A stretch of DNA of 62,628 nucleotides, counting the filler, from Candidatus Woesearchaeota archaeon (GTDB lineage Archaea > Nanobdellota > Nanobdellia > Woesearchaeales > CG1-02-33-12): the NCBI GenBank assembly GCA_018399355.1. It is 3 parts of 3 records of this genome, joined end to end, with 100 filler letters (N's around TTAATTAATTAA, not from the genome) between each part and the next. Parts side by side here need not be neighbours in the genome. Positions count along the whole stretch, not along the records: positions 1 to 21,505 come from JAGYOA010000012.1; 2 more parts are not named here. One strand, given 5' to 3'. Below are positions 1 through 9,352 of this stretch, one piece after another; positions within the stretch are counted from its first letter, which is position 1, and every line of letters starts with the position of its first letter. A model generated the notes under the pieces. It did no database searches and was not told where the DNA came from. It saw nothing but the letters and a program-made list of their open reading frames with translations. The translations under genes and the position numbers were made by a program.

Positions 1-76
1 GAAAAGCCCCGCCTTTTTTCAATTTTGCGAGATTTACAGAAAATTTTTCCTTATCATAAGTTTGTCCTTTAACCAT
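1..76 (-). CDS. Ribosome maturation protein SBDS/Sdo1, N-terminal fragment (runs off window)
   Basis: Manual translation MVKGQTYDKEKFSVNLAKLKKGGAF resembles the SBDS N-terminus; GGTG SD upstream; follows psmA as in the conserved archaeal exosome/proteasome superoperon. Confidence 0.7.
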   Translation of the reverse strand, partial: MVKGQTYDKEKFSVNLAKLKKGGAF

Positions 77-85
77 TTAAGACAC

Positions 86-817
86 CTATTTCTTTTTTGC
101 CTCGTTGAATGTCCTTTCTATATCCTGTTTAGTCATCTTTTTGAATTTCTTTTCATCAGCCTTTATGTATGCTGCATCTATCCTTGAAGCATTGAATTCT
201 TTTCCAAGAGCATTGCAGAATGCATTTACTATTAGCTTAAATGCTTCATCTATTGACATTGATTCCTTGTACTTTTTATGTAGAACTTCCTCCATCTCTG
301 ATTCTTTTTCTCCTATTGCAGTTGCTTTGTACTGGAAGAATATTCCTGTTGGATCTGTTTCAAAAAGCTTAGGATTGCCGTTGTCAATCCCGCCAACAAG
401 CACCGATACACCAAAAGGCCTTATTCCTGCCTGCTGTGTTGTTATCTGTTTTAAATTGCATATATCTTTTACAACTGTTAATGTATCTATTGGTGTGTCA
501 TATGTTACCTTGTGTTGCTGTGCTTTTAGCTGAGCCATCTCTATCAAAACTCTCGCATCTGAAAGTATTCCAGCTGCTGTGGCAACTATATGATCATCTA
601 CCTTGAATATTTTTTCAATTGCATCTGAAACAACCAGGGGGTCAACTATTCTTTTGTCTGTTACAAGCAATACGCCGTCCTTGCATACTACTCCGACTGC
701 TGTTGAGCCCTGTCTTACTGTTTTTTTTGCATACTCTACTTGTAATAATCTTCCGTCTGGGCTGAACATTGCTATTGAACGGTCATATCCCATCATTTGA
801 TGCTGCATTTGTTCCAT
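86..817 (-). CDS. psmA: Proteasome subunit alpha
   Basis: GYDRSIAMFSPDGRLLQVEYA signature; start placed at ATG 817 after a GAGGTG SD. Confidence 0.97.
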   Translation of the reverse strand: MEQMQHQMMGYDRSIAMFSPDGRLLQVEYAKKTVRQGSTAVGVVCKDGVLLVTDKRIVDPLVVSDAIEKIFKVDDHIVATAAGILSDARVLIEMAQLKAQQHKVTYDTPIDTLTVVKDICNLKQITTQQAGIRPFGVSVLVGGIDNGNPKLFETDPTGIFFQYKATAIGEKESEMEEVLHKKYKESMSIDEAFKLIVNAFCNALGKEFNASRIDAAYIKADEKKFKKMTKQDIERTFNEAKKK

Positions 818-828
818 TTTCCACCTCA

Positions 829-1185
829 TCACATTGCAATATATTTTTCTGCTTTTTTTATTATTCCTGAAACACCCATGCTCTTTAGTATAATCTTCTG
901 CTTTTTGTAGTTTTCCACCAAAGCCATAGATGTTTTCAGCTTATCAACATATTTATTATTCACTTTTATCATACCCCTTTGCTTTTTTTGGTTCCATCTC
1001 TCAGCTAAAACCCATATTCCTGCCTTCGCAGTTTCAATTTCGCCTAAAAAAGATTTTGTTGAGTTCCAGATAATCTCAGAAACTTCTGAAAAGGAATTTA
1101 TGCCTTTTTTGGATATTATTTCAAAAACAACGTATCTTTTTTTCTCCCTTAAACTTGGAAGAACAGGTTTAATCCTTTTTGCCAA
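829..1185 (-). CDS. rnp2: RNase P protein component Pop5/Rpp14
   Basis: LPSLREKKRYVVFEI and SGIIKKA motifs; next to psmA; TTG start after GGGGTG. Confidence 0.9.
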   Translation of the reverse strand: MAKRIKPVLPSLREKKRYVVFEIISKKGINSFSEVSEIIWNSTKSFLGEIETAKAGIWVLAERWNQKKQRGMIKVNNKYVDKLKTSMALVENYKKQKIILKSMGVSGIIKKAEKYIAM

Positions 1186-1435
1186 TTAAAAACACCCCAC
1201 TGTGTTTCACAGAGAAAAAAGCTCTTGGCCTCTCTCTTACTTCTCTCAAGTTATCTAGAATAGATTAATTATATTTAAAGCTTTGGTTTTTATCTGTTTA
1301 TATTTAAAACCTATTTATAAGGTTCATAATTTAAAAGTAAATACAGTTGTTCAGAAAAAGAGATTAATGAATGTATACTTCTATTAACAGAAATCTTTAA
1401 AAATAATAATTCATTACCCTTATGCTAAGGGGTGA

Positions 1436-2290
1436 GTGTTTTTGAAATGGGCTTCTGGAACTCTAGAGAGGATGCTATTTAAATTAAAGGAGTCTTCTAA
1501 CGGCTTCCGCAATCCTAATGTTACCCACGAAGACCTATTAAAGATAAACAATTATTATTTTGATTCTGATAAAAGAGTTGAAAAGGCAATATCCTTTGCA
1601 AGTGATTTTTATGCAAATAAACTAAGAGATGATGAAAAAAGCTCATTTCTCAACCAGCATCTGGGAGATGTTGCCAAAAATACCCTTCTTTATACTTCAA
1701 AAAATTATAAGTGGAATATTGAGGAAATGAAAAATGCCTTTATCGCATCACTGAATCACGATTTCATAGAACATTTTCCAGAAAGAGCTCATTTTTTAAA
1801 AGAATATTTCGGCAATGAGATTTATGATATTGTGTCTGCTGTTACAATACCCAAAAGTGTTAGCAAAATAAAGTCAATAGAAAGAATTAACCATATTTCC
1901 AATGAAGCACCAAAAATTATAAAAGCAAATGATTTTGACAGCAATATAAGGTCAAGTACAAACATAGTTCTTACTCTGGCTTATAATTTAATACAAGACA
2001 GGTTAAAAAAAGATAAAGACTCTTACAAAAAGAACATGGACTTTTATGATAATTACAGGTCAAAAATTATCAGATATATAAACTATTCAGAGGATTATTC
2101 TAAGATTACAAAAAATCTGCCTGGAAATCTTGATAAAAAGATAAATCATAATGTAAAGATATTAAGAACATGCAACAGCATGTTTTATAGTATATTCAAG
2201 GAAAACTATCTAACTTCAGGATTATTGAGAAAAATCAAAATTCCGGATTTGTATCCTCCTTTGGAAAGGCTTGCAATAAAAGAAATGTAA
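1436..2290 (+). CDS. HD-domain protein, divergent Mesh1/SpoT-hydrolase-like
   Basis: AISFASDFY..R....FLNQHL.DVA, LNHDFIEH and IIKANDFDSN resemble the HD_4 motif order. Confidence 0.55.
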   Translation: MFLKWASGTLERMLFKLKESSNGFRNPNVTHEDLLKINNYYFDSDKRVEKAISFASDFYANKLRDDEKSSFLNQHLGDVAKNTLLYTSKNYKWNIEEMKNAFIASLNHDFIEHFPERAHFLKEYFGNEIYDIVSAVTIPKSVSKIKSIERINHISNEAPKIIKANDFDSNIRSSTNIVLTLAYNLIQDRLKKDKDSYKKNMDFYDNYRSKIIRYINYSEDYSKITKNLPGNLDKKINHNVKILRTCNSMFYSIFKENYLTSGLLRKIKIPDLYPPLERLAIKEM

Positions 2291-2376
2291 TTTTTAAAGA
2301 TTTATTCTATCTTATAGTTACTAATTAGTAGTTAAAAAACGAAAGATTTAAATAGTCTAAAATCTGATTAACCAAT

Positions 2377-2964
2377 ATGAAAATAACTAAAGCATACCTT
2401 CAAAGGGCATACCCAAACGAAAGTCTAAGGCGTTATGCATATAGGGGAAATATGGATAATGAACATATTAGTGAACTTCCTCTTTATCTAGGTGAACTGA
2501 TTGCATATAGTGCTGCTTTAAACTACTTTAAGGAAAGAGAAGATTATAATCTTCTTGAAAAAATAGCTGGACTTGATTTTTACAATGGGTTTAAGGAAAT
2601 GGGAAAGCAAGATATTAAAATCAAACTAGGTAAAAAAATAATTGGTTATGAAAACATATTTCATTTTGTTAATAGTGTTAAAAAAAAGGCAAAAAATTCA
2701 GGCAACCTCACAGTTAGTGATGTAAGAACCAATGAGCTTTTGAATCCTAAATCTAATGATGCTGACTTTTATAGGAGGTTAGGTAAAGTTGATAAAGTTT
2801 TAATGAACAATTACAAAAATGTTTTAAAATTTATTTCAGAAGGAAGAGGAAGAGCTAAAAATGAATACCCTTCTAACTATGATAAGGGACTTTCAGAGAT
2901 TCTTTCAGAGAGCAATATCCCTGTTAATCCAAAAAAAGAAGTATACCAGCCAAAATTATTCTAG
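2377..2964 (+). CDS. Hypothetical protein
   Basis: 195-aa ORF with BRE/TATA (CGAAAGATTTAAATA) about 25 bp upstream; no recognised motif. Confidence 0.6.
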   Translation: MKITKAYLQRAYPNESLRRYAYRGNMDNEHISELPLYLGELIAYSAALNYFKEREDYNLLEKIAGLDFYNGFKEMGKQDIKIKLGKKIIGYENIFHFVNSVKKKAKNSGNLTVSDVRTNELLNPKSNDADFYRRLGKVDKVLMNNYKNVLKFISEGRGRAKNEYPSNYDKGLSEILSESNIPVNPKKEVYQPKLF

Positions 2965-4292
2965 GAATTTATTATCTTTAAAACTTTATCCCTCATTTCT
3001 TCCATCTTTTGTTTTGTTTTGGCCTCCAGATTAAGCCTTAATAATGGTTCTGTATTGGATGGCCTTACATTGAAGTGCCAGTCATCATATTCCACTGAAA
3101 CACCATCAATATGATAAATATTGCCGTCACTAAATTCCTTCTCTAGTTTTTTCATAACCCCTTTTTTATCTTCAACTTTTATATTTGTCTCGGGAATTAC
3201 AAAATATTTTTCAGTAGGGATTAACAGTTCTGAGATAGACTTGTCTTTCTTTGATAAAATTTCAATAACCTTAAGTGCTGTTACAATACCATCCTCAAAA
3301 TATGTGTCTTTGTATCTGTAAAAATAATGGCCGCTTATCTCACCAGAAAAAGGCGAGTCAAACTCACGCATTATTTGCTTGAAAAAAGGATGCCCTGCCC
3401 TTGAGAGCTTATACTTGCCGTTATTTTTTTCAATTATATCTCTCACAAACCAGCTTGCCCTCAAATCATAAACAATCATTGATTCAGGGTATTCTTTGAG
3501 TATTTCATCTGCTATAATCCCTGTAAGAAAACCTCCATCGATAAATTTCCCTTTGTTATCTATAAAAATAGACCTGTCAGCATCTCCATCCCACATGACC
3601 CCAAAGTCTGCCTTGTTTTCAATTACTTTTTTAGATGCCTCTTGTCTTGCTTCCTCAAGCATCGGATTTGGCGGATGGTTTGGAAACTCACCGTTTGGCT
3701 CAAGATACATTGGAATCATCTCGATGTTTGTTTTTTCAAAAATATTTTTTGCTGCGATTCCTGCCATCCCGTTTGATGCATCCATAACAACCTTCAATGA
3801 TTTTATGCTGTTTAAATCAACAAAACTTAAAGCAAAGTTTGTATAGTCATCAAGAATTTCTTTTTTTATTAACTGGCCTTTTTTTTCTGATTCCTTAAAT
3901 TCGTTTTTTTCATAAATCTTTTCTATGTCTTCAAGGCCATCACCTTCATTTATAGGTATTGATTTTTCCCTTACAATTTTTAATCCATTGTATTCTTTTG
4001 GATTATGGGATGCGGTTATCATTATCCCTCCATCATAACCGTATTCAACAACTGAAAAATAAAGCATTGGTGTGCTTGACAATCCAATATCAACGACATC
4101 ACATCCCTGTTCTGTTATTCCCTTTACTAAAGCTTCGAAAAGTGATTCAGAACTTGATCTTACATCCCGGCCTATGGCAATCCTCTTTGGCTTTAAGAAT
4201 TCAACATAGGCTTTTCCTATCCTGTAAACTTTATCTTCATCTAATTCCTGGGGATAAATCCCTCTTATATCATATGCCTTGAATATTCCCAT
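2961..4292 (-). CDS. Phosphomannomutase/phosphoglucomutase
   Basis: FKAYDIRG, TASHNP phosphoserine loop, DGDADR metal loop, RPSNTEP. Confidence 0.96.
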   Translation of the reverse strand: MGIFKAYDIRGIYPQELDEDKVYRIGKAYVEFLKPKRIAIGRDVRSSSESLFEALVKGITEQGCDVVDIGLSSTPMLYFSVVEYGYDGGIMITASHNPKEYNGLKIVREKSIPINEGDGLEDIEKIYEKNEFKESEKKGQLIKKEILDDYTNFALSFVDLNSIKSLKVVMDASNGMAGIAAKNIFEKTNIEMIPMYLEPNGEFPNHPPNPMLEEARQEASKKVIENKADFGVMWDGDADRSIFIDNKGKFIDGGFLTGIIADEILKEYPESMIVYDLRASWFVRDIIEKNNGKYKLSRAGHPFFKQIMREFDSPFSGEISGHYFYRYKDTYFEDGIVTALKVIEILSKKDKSISELLIPTEKYFVIPETNIKVEDKKGVMKKLEKEFSDGNIYHIDGVSVEYDDWHFNVRPSNTEPLLRLNLEAKTKQKMEEMRDKVLKIINS

Positions 4293-4311
4293 TTTTTCTC
4301 CTTAAGAACAA

Positions 4312-5148
4312 TTAGCTTATTCCTTTCCACTGCTTTATTGCCTTTTCATACCTTTCTATGTTTCTTGTGTCAAACCACTGTCCGCTGAAAGGATATCCAT
4401 AAAGCCTTCCCATCTCAGCAAGCTTTGGAAACACATCATTTTCAAGCATTGCAAATCCATCCGGAATAAAATCAATTACCTCTGGCTCAATTATGTAAAA
4501 TCCAGAGCTTATTAATTTTGAGGGAGCCTTTTCTTTCTTTGGCTTTTCAACAAATTCAAGAATTTTTGAGCCTGATAACCTTGCAACTCCGTACTTGCTT
4601 GGGTCTTCTACTGTTGTTAGTGCAATGGTCACAAGCGCATTATTTTCTTTATGAAAATTGTACATTTCCTCTATATTTATATCCTTTAGTTCATCACCGT
4701 TTGAAACAATGAAAGATTCCTTGAATAATTTTTTTCCGAGTTTTATCGGGCCTGCTGTGCCCATGGGCTTGTTTTCCTCTATGTACTTTATTTTTAATCC
4801 GAACTTAGCGCCGTCCTTGAAATAGTCTTTTACCTTTTCCTTCATATGGCCCACGGCCATTGTTATGTCTTTTATCTCGTATTTTTTGAATAAGTCAAAA
4901 AGATGCTCTGTTAATGTTTTTCCCTGTACTGGAATAAGCGCTTTTGGTATTTCATAAGTTATAGGCCTTAGTCTTGTTCCCTTTCCACCTGCAAGAATCA
5001 CTGCCTTTTTTGGCACATTGTCTCCCATGGCCTTTACAACAAAAAGCTCAACAGCATGAGAACGGTTTTTTATATTAAAGCCGTCTACCTTTGAGTCAAT
5101 CCTTTTTATTACATCAGAATCAAGTGTTAGTGTTACCCTCTCTTTCAT
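4312..5148 (-). CDS. Sugar-1-phosphate nucleotidyltransferase with N-terminal ribbon-helix-helix domain
   Basis: ILAGGKGTRLRP.T...PK and EKP motifs; N-terminal RVTLTLDSDVIKRID...NRSHAVE is RHH-like. Confidence 0.9.
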   Translation of the reverse strand: MKERVTLTLDSDVIKRIDSKVDGFNIKNRSHAVELFVVKAMGDNVPKKAVILAGGKGTRLRPITYEIPKALIPVQGKTLTEHLFDLFKKYEIKDITMAVGHMKEKVKDYFKDGAKFGLKIKYIEENKPMGTAGPIKLGKKLFKESFIVSNGDELKDINIEEMYNFHKENNALVTIALTTVEDPSKYGVARLSGSKILEFVEKPKKEKAPSKLISSGFYIIEPEVIDFIPDGFAMLENDVFPKLAEMGRLYGYPFSGQWFDTRNIERYEKAIKQWKGIS

Positions 5149-5302
5149 ATCTAAAAATGGTTGATTTTTATATTTAAACCTTTCGTTTTGTATTACAAAA
5201 TATGATAATTAAATATTTAAGCACAAACAAACCATTTCAAAAACAGAAAGATTTATATACTAAATATGTTACTTATTAGTAATAACAATTAGGGGTTTTA
5301 AT

Positions 5303-6058
5303 ATGAATGAAAGCAATCAAGGTGAAGATATTGCTGATTATGTAAATCAAAACCACGAAGGAATGCAATTACCTAAAACAAATAAATTCAAGCAAAAAAT
5401 AGAAGGACTTTACGAAGGAGCACGTAATCTTACGTCTAGTCTTTATAGAGGATTCTTTAAGGCTTCAACAGTAGCTGGTGCTACAACTGTGTTTTGCGCT
5501 AATTATTCAACTATCAATAATTTCGTTGAAAAATATACAGGAAATGAAGATGCAATACTCAATTTTGGATTAAATGATGCTGCTATGGGTGGGTTAGCTG
5601 TTTCAACTGTTCTTGCATCTTACTTAATGGCTAAAAAATACAATCCTCTTGAGAAAATAGTAAGTGGAACAGGAAAACTAGTGTATAGTTCATCTAAATT
5701 TGGAGCTAAGTCTGTATACAATTCAGGCAAATTTTTTGTTGAGGGTACAAGAGATTTTGTTGGAGAAATAATAGTTGCTCCTGTATCACAAAAATTACGC
5801 TCAAAAATAACTACAAAAGAAACATATGAATCAAATATGGAAAGAGAAGAACAGATTTTAGAGCACAGGAGAAATAAAGCATTAAAGAAAGCAGATAACC
5901 TGCAATCTAAAATAAACAAATTGCAGAAATTAAAAATAAATTACCAAGACAACATGGTTGAAAATCCTGGACTTTACAGTGAAAAAATAGAAGATGCTAA
6001 TGAAAAACTAAAAAGCTTATATGAACAAAAAAACTCTTTAAATCCTGATGCCATATAA
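5303..6058 (+). CDS. Hypothetical membrane-associated coiled-coil protein
   Basis: 251-aa ORF with hydrophobic segments, charged C-terminus and upstream TATA. Confidence 0.6.
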   Translation: MNESNQGEDIADYVNQNHEGMQLPKTNKFKQKIEGLYEGARNLTSSLYRGFFKASTVAGATTVFCANYSTINNFVEKYTGNEDAILNFGLNDAAMGGLAVSTVLASYLMAKKYNPLEKIVSGTGKLVYSSSKFGAKSVYNSGKFFVEGTRDFVGEIIVAPVSQKLRSKITTKETYESNMEREEQILEHRRNKALKKADNLQSKINKLQKLKINYQDNMVENPGLYSEKIEDANEKLKSLYEQKNSLNPDAI

Positions 6059-7318
6059 TGTGTGATTTGTTGCTTTTGTTATTTTTACATTGATTTTTTT
6101 CCCTATTAAATTGTTTTTTGATTGAATTACAACAGGCTTGTAGCAGTAATTCCGGCCTATGAAAGAACCTTTTTGGCCCTTTTCATCAACCAAAATCTCT
6201 CCCTCCCAGTTCATCCATTTTTTGTTTCTATCAGTGCAGATTTTGTTGAATTCTTTTGTTAATATTTGGCTTCTCTTTTTTGTTATTCTTCCATGCACTT
6301 GGTTTTCCATTTTTTCAGCTTCTGTTCCTGGTCTTGGCCAGAACCTTGAAATATTCAGGACGTCTAATTTAGTTTCTTTGATTAGATTTACAGAATCATT
6401 AAATTGTTTTTCTGTCTCTCCTGGAAAGCCGCATATTATGTCTGTGCTTATTGTTATTTCAGGAATCTCTTTTCTTAGCTTTTTTATTATTTTTTTAAAG
6501 TCATTTGCTTTATAGGGCCTTTTCATTTTTTTTAAGATTTCATTATTTCCAGACTGAACAGGAATATGCAGAAATTTAAAGATTTTATCTGATTTGATTA
6601 AAGCTATTAAATTATCTAAAATCAAGATTAAGTTGTTTGGATCCATCATTCCTATTCTTACCTTGAAATCGCCTTTTACATTGATTATCTTTTTTAGCAA
6701 CGAGACAAGGTTTTTGTTTATGTCCTGGCCATAAGAAGCAGTATCCTGGGATGTAAGCCAGATTTCCTTGCATCCATCTTTAATAGCAGACTTAACTTGC
6801 TTTACAATTTCATCTTCTGGATAAGAAAATAATTTTCCTTTAGCAAGCCTTACAATACAATAAGTGCATATTCCATTGCATCCCTCTGAGATCTGTATTA
6901 TCTGGATTATGCTATTTTTTCTTTTTACCGGCAGGTTAAGCTTTGTTTCATTTCTCTTGCCTGTTAAATCAATTGAGTCTCCTCTAATTATTTTTTCAAC
7001 AGCACTAACAATTTCTCTAGTGTGATGAACTCCGACAAAAGATAATTCTGGAGAAATCTTTTTTAGCATATCTTTCTGTACTTCGGGCATACAACCGGCT
7101 ATGATTAATTTCTTTTTCAACTTTAAGAAATCCCTTATTGTTCTTTTAACCTTCTTTTCAGTAGGAAGTTTTACTGTGCATGTGTTAACTATGATTAAAT
7201 CTGCATCTTCTGGTTCGTTAACAATGTTGTGGCCCGCTTTTAACAAAAGCCCCTCCATTATCTCAGAATTGTTATAGTTTGCAGAGCATCCAAAAGTCTT
7301 TATGAATATTTTGGCCAT
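6038..7318 (-). CDS. tRNA t6A37 methylthiotransferase (MtaB/CDKAL1-type radical SAM)
   Basis: UPF0004 domain (TFGCSAN, NTCTVK, AGCMP), CNGICTYC radical SAM motif, C-terminal TRAM. Confidence 0.93.
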   Translation of the reverse strand: MAKIFIKTFGCSANYNNSEIMEGLLLKAGHNIVNEPEDADLIIVNTCTVKLPTEKKVKRTIRDFLKLKKKLIIAGCMPEVQKDMLKKISPELSFVGVHHTREIVSAVEKIIRGDSIDLTGKRNETKLNLPVKRKNSIIQIIQISEGCNGICTYCIVRLAKGKLFSYPEDEIVKQVKSAIKDGCKEIWLTSQDTASYGQDINKNLVSLLKKIINVKGDFKVRIGMMDPNNLILILDNLIALIKSDKIFKFLHIPVQSGNNEILKKMKRPYKANDFKKIIKKLRKEIPEITISTDIICGFPGETEKQFNDSVNLIKETKLDVLNISRFWPRPGTEAEKMENQVHGRITKKRSQILTKEFNKICTDRNKKWMNWEGEILVDEKGQKGSFIGRNYCYKPVVIQSKNNLIGKKINVKITKATNHTLYGIRI

Positions 7319-7377
7319 GTTTCAATAAAAAACAACAACCTTTAAATAGTTTTTTTAATTTTTTAATTTTGGTAAAA

Positions 7378-8016
7378 ATGGTGGTAAAACTTTTCTGGCA
7401 GGATCAATATATGAAAGAATGTTATTCAAAGGTTACGGCTATTGAGGACAGCAAGGTCTGGCTTGACCAGACAGTTTTTTTTGCCTTTTCAGGGGGCCAG
7501 GCTTCTGACAAGGGAACAATAAACAACATAAATGTCCTGGAAGCAGTAGCACAGGGAGAAGATGAAATCTACTATATCCTTGAAAAAGAGCCTGACTTTT
7601 CAGTCGGTGATAATGTAAAGGTAGAGATTGACTGGGAGCACCGCTTTAAGTTAATGAGACTGCACTCTGCAGCTCATATAGTCTATTATTATTTCATCGA
7701 GAAAGCAGGAAAACAAAAAGTAATTGGCTCAAATATAAGCATTGACAAAGCACGTTTAGATTTTGCGTATGACGAGTCCGTTGGTCCATTGCTTGAGGAA
7801 ATACAGGAAAAGACAAGCAAGACAATAGATGAAGGAATTGATATAAAAACCTTTGAAGATGAGAAAGATCCAACAAGAAGGTTATGGGAATGCGGAAAAT
7901 GGCTTATGCCTTGCGGCGGAACACACGTTAAAAATACAAAGGAAATTGGCCAAATAAAACTCAAAAGAAAGAATATTGGCGCCGGAAAAGAAAGAATCGA
8001 AGTAATATTAGTATAA
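7378..8016 (+). CDS. alaX: AlaX-type tRNA editing protein
   Basis: GGQASDKG, MRLHSAAH and CGGTH zinc motifs. Confidence 0.92.
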   Translation: MVVKLFWQDQYMKECYSKVTAIEDSKVWLDQTVFFAFSGGQASDKGTINNINVLEAVAQGEDEIYYILEKEPDFSVGDNVKVEIDWEHRFKLMRLHSAAHIVYYYFIEKAGKQKVIGSNISIDKARLDFAYDESVGPLLEEIQEKTSKTIDEGIDIKTFEDEKDPTRRLWECGKWLMPCGGTHVKNTKEIGQIKLKRKNIGAGKERIEVILV

Positions 8017-8178
8017 TAATATACTTTTTTCTATATTAATTTACTAAATTGATTAAAAATTTAGATATATAAAGTATAGCAATATACTAAAAAGTATACT
8101 AAATTTAAGATGAATTTTAGAAAGTTTTTTATAGCCCCAAATCAATATATGACTACCTAGTACAGGGGTGATTAAACC

Positions 8179-8472
8179 ATGGCGGAAACCATTAAGCTAG
8201 GAGGGAGTATTGAACTAAAAGGTTTTTCAGAGATTGACGGCGGTTCAATGATAATTCTTAAAAAGATTATCGGCTCTTACAGCAGAAAATTCTCTGACAA
8301 CCTGGACGGTTTTGAAAGCCTTTCTATTGAATTAAACCAACAGGGAGAGGAATCAGAGGTAACTGGAACAGTTGTTGTAAGCGGAAAAGAAAAAACAGCC
8401 AAAATAGTGGATAAAAACCTTTTTGTTGCAATTGACAAGGTCTTAAAAGAAATTGAAAAAGAAGCGCTGTAA
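8179..8472 (+). CDS. Small protein, possible HPF/RaiA-like ribosome-binding fold
   Basis: 97 aa; IELKGF start and NLFVAIDKVLKEIEK end resemble the HPF DLYAAID..KLERQ helix; strong GGGGTGA SD. Confidence 0.5.
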   Translation: MAETIKLGGSIELKGFSEIDGGSMIILKKIIGSYSRKFSDNLDGFESLSIELNQQGEESEVTGTVVVSGKEKTAKIVDKNLFVAIDKVLKEIEKEAL

Positions 8473-8473
8473 A

Positions 8474-8704
8474 ATGAAACAGCTCATACCTTTGGGAATA
8501 ATCTTCATATTTTTAGGAGTCATAATCATTATGATAGGCGCGATTACAAGCAGAGACAAGGATAAAACAGATGTTAAGTTTGGATTTGGCGGGTTTATCG
8601 GATTTATCCCTTTCGGCTTTGCAAACGACAAAAGGTTTTTGTATTTTTCTCTTGGTCTGGCTTTTCTGATGTTTATATGGGTATTGATTAATCTTCCAAG
8701 ATAG
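8474..8704 (+). CDS. DUF131/TIGR00304-like small membrane protein
   Basis: Two TM segments with GGFIGFIPFGF motif. Confidence 0.7.
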   Translation: MKQLIPLGIIFIFLGVIIIMIGAITSRDKDKTDVKFGFGGFIGFIPFGFANDKRFLYFSLGLAFLMFIWVLINLPR

Positions 8705-8714
8705 GGGTGTTTTT

Positions 8715-8954
8715 ATGAGTGGTCCGGCAAAAAGCAAAATAGAAATAAAAAATGTTAAGGTGTATTTGCATAAAAAAGATTCATCAACCAACTCTAGGAT
8801 TATGCATATTGATATTGAGAGCGAGGAACTCAATGATATTATAAAAAACAAGGAAGCCACTTACTGCGCTGGAAAGCCAGGCGGTGTTTTTATTGGCCTG
8901 AAAAAGAAAATGATTGAAAGGGCTGAGAAATTTGTTAAAGAAAAAGAAGATTAA
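8715..8954 (+). CDS. Hypothetical protein
   Basis: 79-aa ORF with GGGGTG SD, co-oriented in a small operon. Confidence 0.65.
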   Translation: MSGPAKSKIEIKNVKVYLHKKDSSTNSRIMHIDIESEELNDIIKNKEATYCAGKPGGVFIGLKKKMIERAEKFVKEKED

Positions 8955-9295
8955 ATAATCTTAATTTCATTTGCTATTATCTCAGGCTGGCCATTGAATT
9001 CATCTACCTGGCCAATAACCTGGATTTCTGTTCCTTTTTCTATTGTTAAATTATCCTCTTTAAACAAAACAACACTTATAGTGTTTGGCTGGGATACTTC
9101 AAGAATAATTATTTTTTCCTTATTATCTGCTCTTGTAACAGTTCCTCTTAATTTAACATCTTTTTCAATATCATCAATAGTTATTTCATCAATGCTTTTT
9201 TCAGGAATCTCAATTTTTTCTGATATAACAAAAAGAACAAATACTCCTAAAAAAGAAACAATCAAAGCTAGCTTAAAGAGCATTTTTTCATCCAT
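8951..9295 (-). CDS. Membrane-anchored OB-fold protein
   Basis: N-terminal TM helix; VKLRGTV...IQVIGQVDEFNGQPEIIANEI OB pattern. Confidence 0.75.
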   Translation of the reverse strand: MDEKMLFKLALIVSFLGVFVLFVISEKIEIPEKSIDEITIDDIEKDVKLRGTVTRADNKEKIIILEVSQPNTISVVLFKEDNLTIEKGTEIQVIGQVDEFNGQPEIIANEIKII

Positions 9296-9352
9296 AAGAA
9301 CTATCAATCATAAACTCTTAATAAAACCAATCCAAGAAATTTCGTAAGATTT

